From: a bacterium
GTDB lineage: Bacteria; Krumholzibacteriota; Krumholzibacteriia; G020349025
DNA: 64,000 bases
Reading direction: 5' to 3'
Assembly (NCBI GenBank): GCA_031362565.1
Contig: JANLSU010000070.1
Coordinates: 32,001-96,000 of the forward strand
In this document: positions 39,602 to 48,381 of the stretch, piece after piece
Numbering within the stretch: the first letter of the stretch is position 1
Layout of the letters: the number at the start of each line of letters is the position of its first letter
Notes under the pieces: model-generated
Database searches by the model: none
Told to the model about the DNA's origin: nothing
What the model saw: only the letters and a program-made list of their open reading frames with translations
Made by a program: the position numbers and the translations under genes

Positions 39602-41373
39602 CCGGGCACGCCACACACAGGGCCTGGGTGCGAGCCGCGTGTCTCGGGTTGGCGCTGGCGCTTGGCGGTTGCGGTCCGCATCCGCGTCTCGCACTCGATC
39701 CCGTGCCGCTGCAAGACGATGATCGGTACGATATTCCGGAACCACCGGCCCTCGTTCGCGATGACTACTACGATCTGGTCGACTACACGTTCTTCAAGCA
39801 AATCGAGCAAGCCGCCGATCTGCCACGCAATCTGCGCCGGCTCGCGGGTAAGCCCAAACAAGCCGACAACGTCACGCCGCTCGACGAGATCCAGGATTCC
39901 TCGTGGTTCACCAATCGGATGGGGCGCCGGAAGCTCACCCCACCGGAGATCGCACAGGGCGGCAACCGGCCCGAAGGCCCCGACATGGCGCACCACTGGA
40001 CGATCGTGTCCGGCAAAGCAACCGGGGTCACCCCTGGGTTCACGATTCAAGACGCGAGCGGCGCGCGTTACGTCATCAAGCCGGATCCGATGGATTTCCC
40101 CGAGCTGGCGACCGGCGCCGATATGATCGCGACGCGCCTCTTCTGGGCCGCCGGTTACAACGTCACCGAGGACTATCTGGTACGCGTGCACCCCGAACAG
40201 CTCGACATCGGGCCCAAAGCGTCCGTGAAACTCCAACTCGGCAAGAAGCGGCCCTTCACCGCCGCCGATCTCGACCGCATCCTGCAGCATTGTCCGCGCG
40301 AACCCGATGGCAGCATCCGGGTCCTGGCAAGCCGCTTCCTTGCCGGTAAGATCGTCGGCTCGATTCCATTTCTCGGCGTGCGGAAGGGTGACCCGAACGA
40401 TGTCATCCGGCACGAACACCGGCGCGAGCTGCGTGGCTACAAGGTGTTCTGCGCCTGGCTCAATCATAATGATTCACGCGAGATCAACTCGCTCGACAGC
40501 TATGTGAACGAGGACGGCCGCCACTTCGTGAAGCACTACGTACAGGATCTGAATGCGACTCTGGGCAGTGCCAGCATCTACCCCAATCTGCGCAGTGAAG
40601 GCTACGAATACATCGTCGACTTCGGTGAAATGGGCAAGTCACTCGCAACGCTGGGCCTGTACGAGCGGCCGTGGACGAAGCTCGAGTTCCCGGTGCTGCG
40701 CGGCGTCGGCAAGTTCGAGGCGGCGCATTTCGAACCGTTCAGCTGGAAGCCGAATTATCCCTGCCCGCCGTTCGAGAACATGACGTCGCGCGATGCGTTC
40801 TGGGCCGCCAAGATCATCATGCGCTTCGACGATGCACTGCTCGAGACCGCCGTCAGTACCGCCGAGTACAGTGATCCCGCGGCGCGCGCTTACATGGTCA
40901 AGACTCTGGGTGCGCGGCGCGACCGCATCGGACGTTTCTGGTTCGGACGGGTGAATCCGCTCGACGACTTCGAGATTGTCGAAGCACCGTCGGCCGCCGG
41001 CGGCGCCGGCCTTCTGGGCAAGGTCCTGTCGGGCGCGACCGGCGCCCGGAGCGCCGCACCACGTTCCCTGCGCTTCACCGACCTGGCGTTGATCCATGGC
41101 TTCGTGCCGCCCCGCCGCTACGAAGTGCTCGCCATCGGCCCGCACGGCAAGCGGCTCGGCATGATCGTGACCGATTCGAACGCCGTCGCGATCGATGCGT
41201 GGATCCAAGCCCTCGGCACGCCGGCCGCGGACGATGTCAACGGACGCCTCGTGCGGCTGTCGATTCGTTCGAGCCTGCCCGACTTGCCGACCTGGACTCC
41301 CAAGGTCGACGTGACGCTGTACCTGCAGCCTTCGGGAGCGGTGCGCGTCGCGGCCATCGAACGCGACGAGTGA
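39598..41373 (+). CDS. lipoprotein with putative atypical kinase-like fold
   Basis: Lipobox LALGGC; GKATGVTPGF..., YVIKPD...E, WLNHNDSREINSLD, VQDLNATLGS. Confidence 0.65.
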   Translation: MTGHATHRAWVRAACLGLALALGGCGPHPRLALDPVPLQDDDRYDIPEPPALVRDDYYDLVDYTFFKQIEQAADLPRNLRRLAGKPKQADNVTPLDEIQDSSWFTNRMGRRKLTPPEIAQGGNRPEGPDMAHHWTIVSGKATGVTPGFTIQDASGARYVIKPDPMDFPELATGADMIATRLFWAAGYNVTEDYLVRVHPEQLDIGPKASVKLQLGKKRPFTAADLDRILQHCPREPDGSIRVLASRFLAGKIVGSIPFLGVRKGDPNDVIRHEHRRELRGYKVFCAWLNHNDSREINSLDSYVNEDGRHFVKHYVQDLNATLGSASIYPNLRSEGYEYIVDFGEMGKSLATLGLYERPWTKLEFPVLRGVGKFEAAHFEPFSWKPNYPCPPFENMTSRDAFWAAKIIMRFDDALLETAVSTAEYSDPAARAYMVKTLGARRDRIGRFWFGRVNPLDDFEIVEAPSAAGGAGLLGKVLSGATGARSAAPRSLRFTDLALIHGFVPPRRYEVLAIGPHGKRLGMIVTDSNAVAIDAWIQALGTPAADDVNGRLVRLSIRSSLPDLPTWTPKVDVTLYLQPSGAVRVAAIERDE

Positions 41374-44300
41374 TGCGCCTCGAGGCACGGACGCGGGCCG
41401 TGGTTTTCGGGTGCTTTTTCCTCTCCGGTGCTACGGGGCTCGCCTATCAAGCCATCTGGTTCCGGCATCTCCAAGCCTTGTTCGGCGTCACCACCCAAGC
41501 GCTCGCGGTCGTGGTCGCGGCCTTCATGGGTGGACTGGCGGCTGGAGCCTGGGTGTTCGGCGGCATTGCCGATCGCAGCAAGCATCCGCTGCGGTTGTAC
41601 GGCTGGCTCGAAATCGGCGTCGCCATTCTGGCGCCGCTCGTCGCTCCGCTCCTCACGGGCATCGAGCGCATCTATGTCGCCCTGCACCCGAGCTTGGCAG
41701 AGGCACCCGTTGCGCTCGCCGCGCTGCGGCTCGGGCTCGCACTCGTCGCACTCTTGGGGCCGACGCTCTTGATGGGCGGCACGCTGCCGGCACTGACGGT
41801 GCTCCTGCGGCGCGAGTCGCCGCCTTCGACATCGCTGCACCGCGATTTGGCGCGTTTGTACGGTCTCAACACGTTGGGTGCGGTGGCAGGCACGGCGTTG
41901 GTGGGCTTCGTCCTGCTCTCGGCGGTCGGATTGCGCCGCACGACGCTCATCGCGGCGGCCGCCAATCTCGTCCTCGGAGCCTTGTGCGTGTGGCGTGGCA
42001 GCAAGGTGTCGCCGCCCGTTGCGGTCGCCGCACCAGCGGGTTCGCTGCCCGGTGCCGGCGCGAGCGCCCTCTCTGCCGGCGAACCGCCACTCGTGCTGCG
42101 GCGTTTCGCGATCATCGCCTTCGCGGTCTCGGGTGGCCTGTCGCTCGTCTACGAAGTCGCGTGGACACGCGTGCTGACGCAAATCGTCGGCAGCTCGACC
42201 TACGCTTTCAGTCTCATCCTGACGGCTTTCCTGCTGGGCTTGGGACTTGGAAGTCTGGCGATCGGTGGGTGGCGCGGCCGCGATCGCGCCGGGTTGGCTG
42301 GATTCTGCGCCGCCGAGCTCGGTATTGGCGCGACTGCCGCCGCCGTCGTGCCGCTCTTCGTTCGGCTCCCGGATCTGCTGCTGCAGGGTTTAGGTAGTGT
42401 GCAGTCGATCCCAGGCGTGCTCGGACTGCAATTCGCGCTCTGTCTCGGCATCGTGCTCCTGCCGACACTCTGCATGGGCGCGACTTTGCCGCTCGTCGCC
42501 GGATTCGTTGCGGCGGGGCGCCAAGACGTCGGCCACGCCGTCGGCCGCTTGTACGCCGGCAACACCGTCGGCGGCATTGTGGGTTCGATCTTGGCGGGGT
42601 TTGTGTTGATCCCCCACCTCGGCTCGCAGCGCACCCTCGATTTGGCGCTCCTCGGCAACGCCGCAATCGCCGCGTCGGGCTTGGTGCTCCTGGTCCGATT
42701 CGGGCGCCAGACTTCGGCACCGGCGCCCGCGTGGCGTGAACGCCTCACGCCTGCACGCGTGGCGATGGCGACAGTGGCCGTTGGCCTGCTGGTCGTCGGA
42801 CTCGCAACTCCCGCCTGGGACCCCTATGTGCTCGACGCCGGCATTGCGATCGGCGGCCCGCCACTGGCGCGCAGTGATGCCGGGGCGACGGCGCGCGACA
42901 TCGCGCGCGGCTCCGACATGCTGTTCTATCGCGAAGGCCGCAATGCCAACATCTCGGTGCGCAAGGACGAGACCCAGTTCTACTTGAAGACGAATGGCAA
43001 GACGGACGGTACGACACGTGGCGACATGCCGACCCAGCTCATGCTGGGCCTGCTGCCGACGCTCGTGCACCCGGCGCCGGTTCGGACTCTCGTCGTCGGG
43101 CTCGGTACCGGTGCCAGTGCGCGCGCCGCGGCGCGGGCTCCCAGCGTCGAGCGGCTCGACGTCGTCGAAATCGAGCCGGCGGTCGTCGAGGCGTCGCAGA
43201 GGTACTTTGGCGAAGTGAACTCCGGCTTGTTCGAGGACGCGCGGGTGCATGTGGTCGTGGACGATGCGCGCGCCTTCCTGCGCACGACGCGCGAGCGCTA
43301 CGACATCGTGGTCTCCGAGCCGTCCAACCCGTGGATCGCCGGCATCGCCAACCTCTTCAGCGTCGACCACTACGAACGCTGCGCCGCACGCATGGCGCCG
43401 GACGGCATCATCACGCAGTGGCTGCAGACCTACGCCATGCGCCCCGAACTCGTGCGCATGGTGCTCGGGTCGATGCAGCAGGTGTTCCCGCACCTGCAAG
43501 TGTGGAGTTTCCACTACGGCGACCTCATCGTGCTCGGGAGCCGCACGCCGTTTGCGCCGTTCGATGTCGCCCGCACCGACGCACGGCTCCACGAGTGGGG
43601 GCTCGAGGCCCAAGTCCACGACGTGCTCGGCGTCCATTCAGCGGCCGGGTTGCTGGGCTTCTTCGCCCTCGGCGAGGGCGACATCGCGCCTCTGGTGGCA
43701 GGCACAGAACTCAATACCGAGGACCGGCCGCGGCTCGAGTTCGCCGCGCCGCGCAGTTTGTATTTGTCGACGCGCGACGCGAATGCCGCCCTCTTGGCGC
43801 GGGCGCGCCGGACGCCTTTGCCGCCGCTCGCCGTGACCACCCTGCGCGGCGCCGAGTGGTTGGATGTCGGACGGGCCGCACTCGCGACGCGCCGCACCGA
43901 TGAGGCTGCCTTTTGGCTCGGGCGGGCGCGCGCCATTGATTCGCTGCCGGCGGGTGCGGCGGAACTCTTGGCCGGGCGGATCGCCATGACGCGCGGTGCG
44001 ACGGCCGCGGCACAGCAGGAATACACGGCCGCGGTGCGGCTTGCCCCCGAAGGGCTCGAACCCGTACAGGAATTGTCGCGCCTCTACTTCATGCAAGGCC
44101 AGCCGGTTGCTAGCGAGTGGCTCGACCGCGCCGGTGCGCCGCGCGCCCTCCTGCAGCGCGACACGGCAGATCTCGCGTTGCAGCTTCTCGAAGCGGCGTT
44201 CGAACGCGGCTCGACCGACAGCGCGTCGAGACTCGTCGCGGCACTCTTTGTGGCAGCCGAGAACCCCGGTGCGGCACCGGGGCTCGATGCCGCATTGCGT

Positions 44301-44645
44301 GCCCGCCTCACGGCCCTCGTCGCCCGCGCCGCACTCGCCCATCGCGATCCGGCGACGGCGGCGGCCCGGGCGCGAGACGCCCTCGCGATCAACGCGCAGT
44401 GCACCGCAGCCTGGCGAGTGCTTGCGGAATTGGAATACCAGGCACAACGTTACCCGGAAGCAATCACCTGGTGGGAACGCCTGGTCGACTTCCGGCAGAC
44501 GGGCCCCGAGGTGCTCGTACCGTTGGCGCGCGCCTACCGGCAAGTGGGCCGATTGCACGATGCGCGGCGTGTCGTCCGCCGGGCGCTCGCCCAGGATCCG
44601 CGTCAACCGGACTTGCTGCGGTTACGCGACGAACTCGGCACCTGA
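41373..44645 (+). CDS. fused multi-TM / spermidine synthase-like protein with C-terminal TPRs
   Basis: FFLSGATGLAYQ, LYGLNTLGAVAG, LVVGLGTG, VEIEP, DDARAFL, YDIVVSEPSNPW, NTEDRPRLEF, TPRs. Confidence 0.88.
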   Translation: MRLEARTRAVVFGCFFLSGATGLAYQAIWFRHLQALFGVTTQALAVVVAAFMGGLAAGAWVFGGIADRSKHPLRLYGWLEIGVAILAPLVAPLLTGIERIYVALHPSLAEAPVALAALRLGLALVALLGPTLLMGGTLPALTVLLRRESPPSTSLHRDLARLYGLNTLGAVAGTALVGFVLLSAVGLRRTTLIAAAANLVLGALCVWRGSKVSPPVAVAAPAGSLPGAGASALSAGEPPLVLRRFAIIAFAVSGGLSLVYEVAWTRVLTQIVGSSTYAFSLILTAFLLGLGLGSLAIGGWRGRDRAGLAGFCAAELGIGATAAAVVPLFVRLPDLLLQGLGSVQSIPGVLGLQFALCLGIVLLPTLCMGATLPLVAGFVAAGRQDVGHAVGRLYAGNTVGGIVGSILAGFVLIPHLGSQRTLDLALLGNAAIAASGLVLLVRFGRQTSAPAPAWRERLTPARVAMATVAVGLLVVGLATPAWDPYVLDAGIAIGGPPLARSDAGATARDIARGSDMLFYREGRNANISVRKDETQFYLKTNGKTDGTTRGDMPTQLMLGLLPTLVHPAPVRTLVVGLGTGASARAAARAPSVERLDVVEIEPAVVEASQRYFGEVNSGLFEDARVHVVVDDARAFLRTTRERYDIVVSEPSNPWIAGIANLFSVDHYERCAARMAPDGIITQWLQTYAMRPELVRMVLGSMQQVFPHLQVWSFHYGDLIVLGSRTPFAPFDVARTDARLHEWGLEAQVHDVLGVHSAAGLLGFFALGEGDIAPLVAGTELNTEDRPRLEFAAPRSLYLSTRDANAALLARARRTPLPPLAVTTLRGAEWLDVGRAALATRRTDEAAFWLGRARAIDSLPAGAAELLAGRIAMTRGATAAAQQEYTAAVRLAPEGLEPVQELSRLYFMQGQPVASEWLDRAGAPRALLQRDTADLALQLLEAAFERGSTDSASRLVAALFVAAENPGAAPGLDAALRARLTALVARAALAHRDPATAAARARDALAINAQCTAAWRVLAELEYQAQRYPEAITWWERLVDFRQTGPEVLVPLARAYRQVGRLHDARRVVRRALAQDPRQPDLLRLRDELGT

Positions 44646-44650
44646 TTCGG

Positions 44651-45775
44651 ATGAAAGCTTTGCGCTCGATTCTTGCCAAAATTGCCCTGGCGCTCGGCAG
44701 CGCACTCGCGACACTCGTCGCGGTGGACTTGGTGCTGCTGCTCGTCCAAGGTCCGGTGCGCGTGGTCGAGGACTTCTATGAACCGGCGCCGGACTACGCC
44801 TACAAGATGCAGCCCAACCTGACGTTCGAGTTCGCGAATCCGTACCACGGCTATCGTGGCACCGTGCACACCAACGCCTTGGGATTGCGCGGCGGTCCGG
44901 TCGTGGTTCCGAAGCCGCCCGGTGTGGCGCGGATTCTTTTCATCGGTGATTCGATGACCGCCGGCCTGGAAGTGAACGAGAACGACACCTTCGAGGCGGT
45001 CTGTAGCCGGCTCTTGGGCGGGGCGCCGCACATCGACGTCGTGAACGCCGGCGTCCGCGGTTACAACCTCGACAACGTCCTGGCTTTCCTGCAGAACGTT
45101 GGCATCGGCCTCGAGCCGGACCTCGTCGTCTACACCTTCGTCGACAACGATTTGACCGCGAACGCGGACTTCAGTCCGGAGACGAGCGATTGGTCGCGCG
45201 GGTTGACCCTGTCGGGACTCGCCGGGCGGATCGCGGCCTACTCACACCTGACGTACCGATTCCAGTTGCTGCAACAGCAGATCACGTTGCGCCGCCAGAC
45301 CGACAACAAGCAGAACGAACGCGTTTATGTGCCGCGCGGTCTCTACGCGCTCTTCACGACCACGACATACTTGACCGACGCGTCGGCGGTCTTGACCGGC
45401 CAGCGCATCGCTTACATGGATTCGCTGTGCCGCGTGCACGGGGCGCGCTTCGTCCTCGCCGGCGCGCCGCACCGGCTGGAGATTTCGCCGCCGGCTCAGG
45501 ACTGGCTGCGCCAACAACTGCTGAAATCGACCGCCGCCGACGCCGCAGCCGCACCGGACTTCGACGGCGTGCGCCGTTACCTCGATTGGGTCGCCGAGCG
45601 CGCCGGCTGTGCGCGCGTCGACCCCATCCCCGCCTTCCGCGCCGGGTTGCCGCAGGCTCGCGACTACTGGTTCCACAAGGACGATCACTTGAACGTGCGG
45701 GGCCACCGGCTGTTCGGCGAGATCATGGCGGAAAAGTTGCGGCCGCTCTTGCCGGCCGGATCCGCGCCGCGCTAG
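44651..45775 (+). CDS. SGNH/GDSL-family (AlgX/AlgJ-like) membrane-anchored acyl esterase or transferase
   Basis: TNALGLRG, IGDSMT, NAGVRGY, ND, DDHLNVRGH. Confidence 0.85.
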   Translation: MKALRSILAKIALALGSALATLVAVDLVLLLVQGPVRVVEDFYEPAPDYAYKMQPNLTFEFANPYHGYRGTVHTNALGLRGGPVVVPKPPGVARILFIGDSMTAGLEVNENDTFEAVCSRLLGGAPHIDVVNAGVRGYNLDNVLAFLQNVGIGLEPDLVVYTFVDNDLTANADFSPETSDWSRGLTLSGLAGRIAAYSHLTYRFQLLQQQITLRRQTDNKQNERVYVPRGLYALFTTTTYLTDASAVLTGQRIAYMDSLCRVHGARFVLAGAPHRLEISPPAQDWLRQQLLKSTAADAAAAPDFDGVRRYLDWVAERAGCARVDPIPAFRAGLPQARDYWFHKDDHLNVRGHRLFGEIMAEKLRPLLPAGSAPR

Positions 45776-46275
45776 GCAGCCGGCGACTTGGCTTTGTATT
45801 CGGGGATCGGCGTGAAGTTGGTAACGGCGGTGTCGAGCGGCGGCGAGTAGACGTGCACGGTGACGAGCCCCGCGTCCCCGACGTTGACGATGCGATGCAC
45901 GTCCTTGGGCGCGGCGATCGTGATCCCACCGCGGGTGTATTCGCGCGCCGTGGTCCGGCAGGGCTTGCCGGCGGCGTCCAATTCGAACATTTCTTCCTGC
46001 ATGACGCCGTCGACGACGATGTACAGGCAATTGCTGCGGCCGTGGTCGTGGATCGAACTGGCCTGTTTGGCGAGCCAACAAATGACGACCAGCTCGAAGT
46101 GGTCGTTCTTGAACACCGTATTGCGGGCGTAACGCGTCTCACAAAATTCCTTGTGAGACTCGAGATCGAGCCCGGCGATGTCAACGGCGTGCGCAAAGGC
46201 AAGCATTTCGTCGCGATCGAGCGCCCGCGTGGCCGCGGGCGAGGCGAGAAGTCGATCGCGAAGAACGTTTGCCAT
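45772..46275 (-). CDS. cysteine dioxygenase type I family cupin
   Basis: YARN, ICW...SSIHDHGRSNC, VHRI, VTVHVYSPP. Confidence 0.85.
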   Translation of the reverse strand: MANVLRDRLLASPAATRALDRDEMLAFAHAVDIAGLDLESHKEFCETRYARNTVFKNDHFELVVICWLAKQASSIHDHGRSNCLYIVVDGVMQEEMFELDAAGKPCRTTAREYTRGGITIAAPKDVHRIVNVGDAGLVTVHVYSPPLDTAVTNFTPIPEYKAKSPAA

Positions 46276-46543
46276 GTCCCCAGACTACACCCGGCCCCCG
46301 GGGGCGGCGCAAATGTTTCCTGCAGTCGCCGCGGCGCGAGCCGCGGCACCGCGCTTGCAGTGTCACCGGACAGGGCGAAAGCGATGCGGGACGCCCGGGC
46401 TGGGCGTGCCGGTGCCGACTCCCCGCGACCGGTCCGCCTGAGTTTTCGCCCGTGGCCGGTCCGGAATCGGCCATGCCGTCCGGCGGCGCGGCGGCACGGA
46501 TCGAAGCGCCCCCGCCCCTGGAATGCTGCCTGGAGGAATCGCG

Positions 46544-47554
46544 GTGCCTGAGGTGTTGGGACTGGGTGTGATCGGGCTGGGCCGCATCGGGCGCTTGCAC
46601 GCCGAGAATGCGGCACGCCTGGCGGAAGCCCGCCTCGTCGCCCTCGCCGACCCGTGCGTCGAGCGCGCCCACGAGGCGGCAGCGGCCTGCGGCGCGGGCC
46701 GCGTGTTCGACGACCCCACCGCACTCCTCGCCGACCCCGGCGTCCACGCCGTACTCATCTGCTCGTCGACCGATACGCATGCCGGGTTCCTGGAGCAAGC
46801 CGCCGCGGCCGGCAAGCACATCTTCTGCGAAAAACCCCTGGATCTCGATCCCGAACGGATTCGGAGCGCACTCGCGGCGGTCGAACGGGCCGGCGTGCTG
46901 CTGCAAGTCGGCTTCAACCGCCGCTTCGACCCGGGCTTCCGGCGCATCGCCGCCGGCGTCCAACGCGGCGAGGTCGGGCGCCCCGAGTTCGTTCGCATCA
47001 CGAGCCGCGACCCTGCCCCGCCACCACTCGATTACGTGCGCGTCTCGGGTGGGATCTTTCTCGACATGACGATTCACGATTTCGACCTGGCGCGCTATCT
47101 CATGGCCGATGAAGTCGTCGAAGTGCAGGCCATGGGTGCAGCGCTCGTCGATCCCGCCATTGGCGCCGCCGGCGATGTCGACACCGCGGCCGTGCTCTTG
47201 CGCTTTGCGGGCGGCGCGCTCGGCTGCATCGACAACTCGCGCCGCGCGGTCTACGGCTACGACCAGCGCGCCGAAGTCCTCGGATCGGCAGGCTGCTTGA
47301 GCGCCGCCAACGTGACCCCGGACCGTGTCAGCCGCTGGGATGTAAACGGCCAAACCGCCGCCAAACCCTTGCACTTCTTCTTGGAGCGCTACGGCGCGGC
47401 CTATGTCGACGAGCTACAGGCCTTCGTCGATTGCGTGCGCGGCCGGCGGCCGCCGCCCGTCAGCGGCCACGATGGATTGCAAGCGACACGCATCGCGCTC
47501 GCGGCGCGGCGCTCGCTTGCCGAACGGCGCCCCGTCGCAGTCGAGGTCGGCTGA
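46544..47554 (+). CDS. iolG: myo-inositol 2-dehydrogenase
   Basis: GLGRIG, CEKP, GFNRRFD, SRDP, SGGIFLDMTIHDFD, YGYDQRAEV, FFLERY. Confidence 0.92.
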   Translation: MPEVLGLGVIGLGRIGRLHAENAARLAEARLVALADPCVERAHEAAAACGAGRVFDDPTALLADPGVHAVLICSSTDTHAGFLEQAAAAGKHIFCEKPLDLDPERIRSALAAVERAGVLLQVGFNRRFDPGFRRIAAGVQRGEVGRPEFVRITSRDPAPPPLDYVRVSGGIFLDMTIHDFDLARYLMADEVVEVQAMGAALVDPAIGAAGDVDTAAVLLRFAGGALGCIDNSRRAVYGYDQRAEVLGSAGCLSAANVTPDRVSRWDVNGQTAAKPLHFFLERYGAAYVDELQAFVDCVRGRRPPPVSGHDGLQATRIALAARRSLAERRPVAVEVG

Positions 47555-48381
47555 TGCTATCGCCCGTCGTGAATGCGTTTCGCGCCGGCTTCGACCGCGG
47601 CCGCACGGTCATCGTTCGTGAAAGCGATGCGGGGCCGCTCGCACCGGGGCTCGATTTCGATGTGGTCGTGCAACACCGCGGTGACGCGACCGATGCAACG
47701 GACGCCAAGGAATCGGCTTGGGTGCTCCTTGCCGGGCGCGCCGCAGTGACATTCGATGCCGCATCGCACGTTGTCGAGCGCGATTCCCTCTTCGATGCCG
47801 CACCCGCGGTCCTGCATCTCGCGGCCGGCTCGGCTGCCAAGCTGGTGGCGCACTCCGATCGCGTCGAATGGGCGGTCGTGCGGGCCACGAATGCGCGCCG
47901 CTTTGCGCCCCGCCTGTTCACGGCCGCCGATGTGACGGCCGAGCGCCGCGGCGCGGGGCTCGCGCAGGGTGCCTGCGTCCGCACCGTGCGCCTCGTCTTC
48001 GATCGCACCACAAGGCCCGAATCGGCAATCGTCCTCGGCGAAGTCGTGGGCGATGCCGGACGCTGGTCGAGCTATCCGCCGCATCATCATGCGCAGCCGG
48101 AGCTGTATCACTACCGGTTTTCGGCACCGCAGGGCTGGGGACACGCCGAATTGGGCGACGCCGTTTTCAGAGTGCAAAGCGGTGACACGCTCTGCATTCC
48201 ACCGCACGCGACGCATGCGCAGGTTGCCGCCGCGGGTTATGCGATGTGGTACCTCTGGGCGGTGCGCCACGTGCCGGGTGCCCCGTACGAGGGCTTCACC
48301 TACGACCCCCAGCACACCTGGTTGCTCGATCCGGCCTCGCAAGGCTGGGCGCCCGGCGTGGACGCTGGAGGCCGCTCATGA
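47554..48381 (+). CDS. iolB: 5-deoxy-glucuronate isomerase
   Basis: LGEVV...WSSYPPHHH.QPELYHYRF; MWYLW; iol gene context. Confidence 0.85.
   Translation: MLSPVVNAFRAGFDRGRTVIVRESDAGPLAPGLDFDVVVQHRGDATDATDAKESAWVLLAGRAAVTFDAASHVVERDSLFDAAPAVLHLAAGSAAKLVAHSDRVEWAVVRATNARRFAPRLFTAADVTAERRGAGLAQGACVRTVRLVFDRTTRPESAIVLGEVVGDAGRWSSYPPHHHAQPELYHYRFSAPQGWGHAELGDAVFRVQSGDTLCIPPHATHAQVAAAGYAMWYLWAVRHVPGAPYEGFTYDPQHTWLLDPASQGWAPGVDAGGRS

Noticed and set aside
46360..46450. c-di-GMP-I riboswitch-like words (CAGGGCGAA...GGGACGC) upstream of iolG
   Set aside because: No P2 stem with a GNRA loop and no GCAAA/P3 receptor could be built; would need an Infernal search
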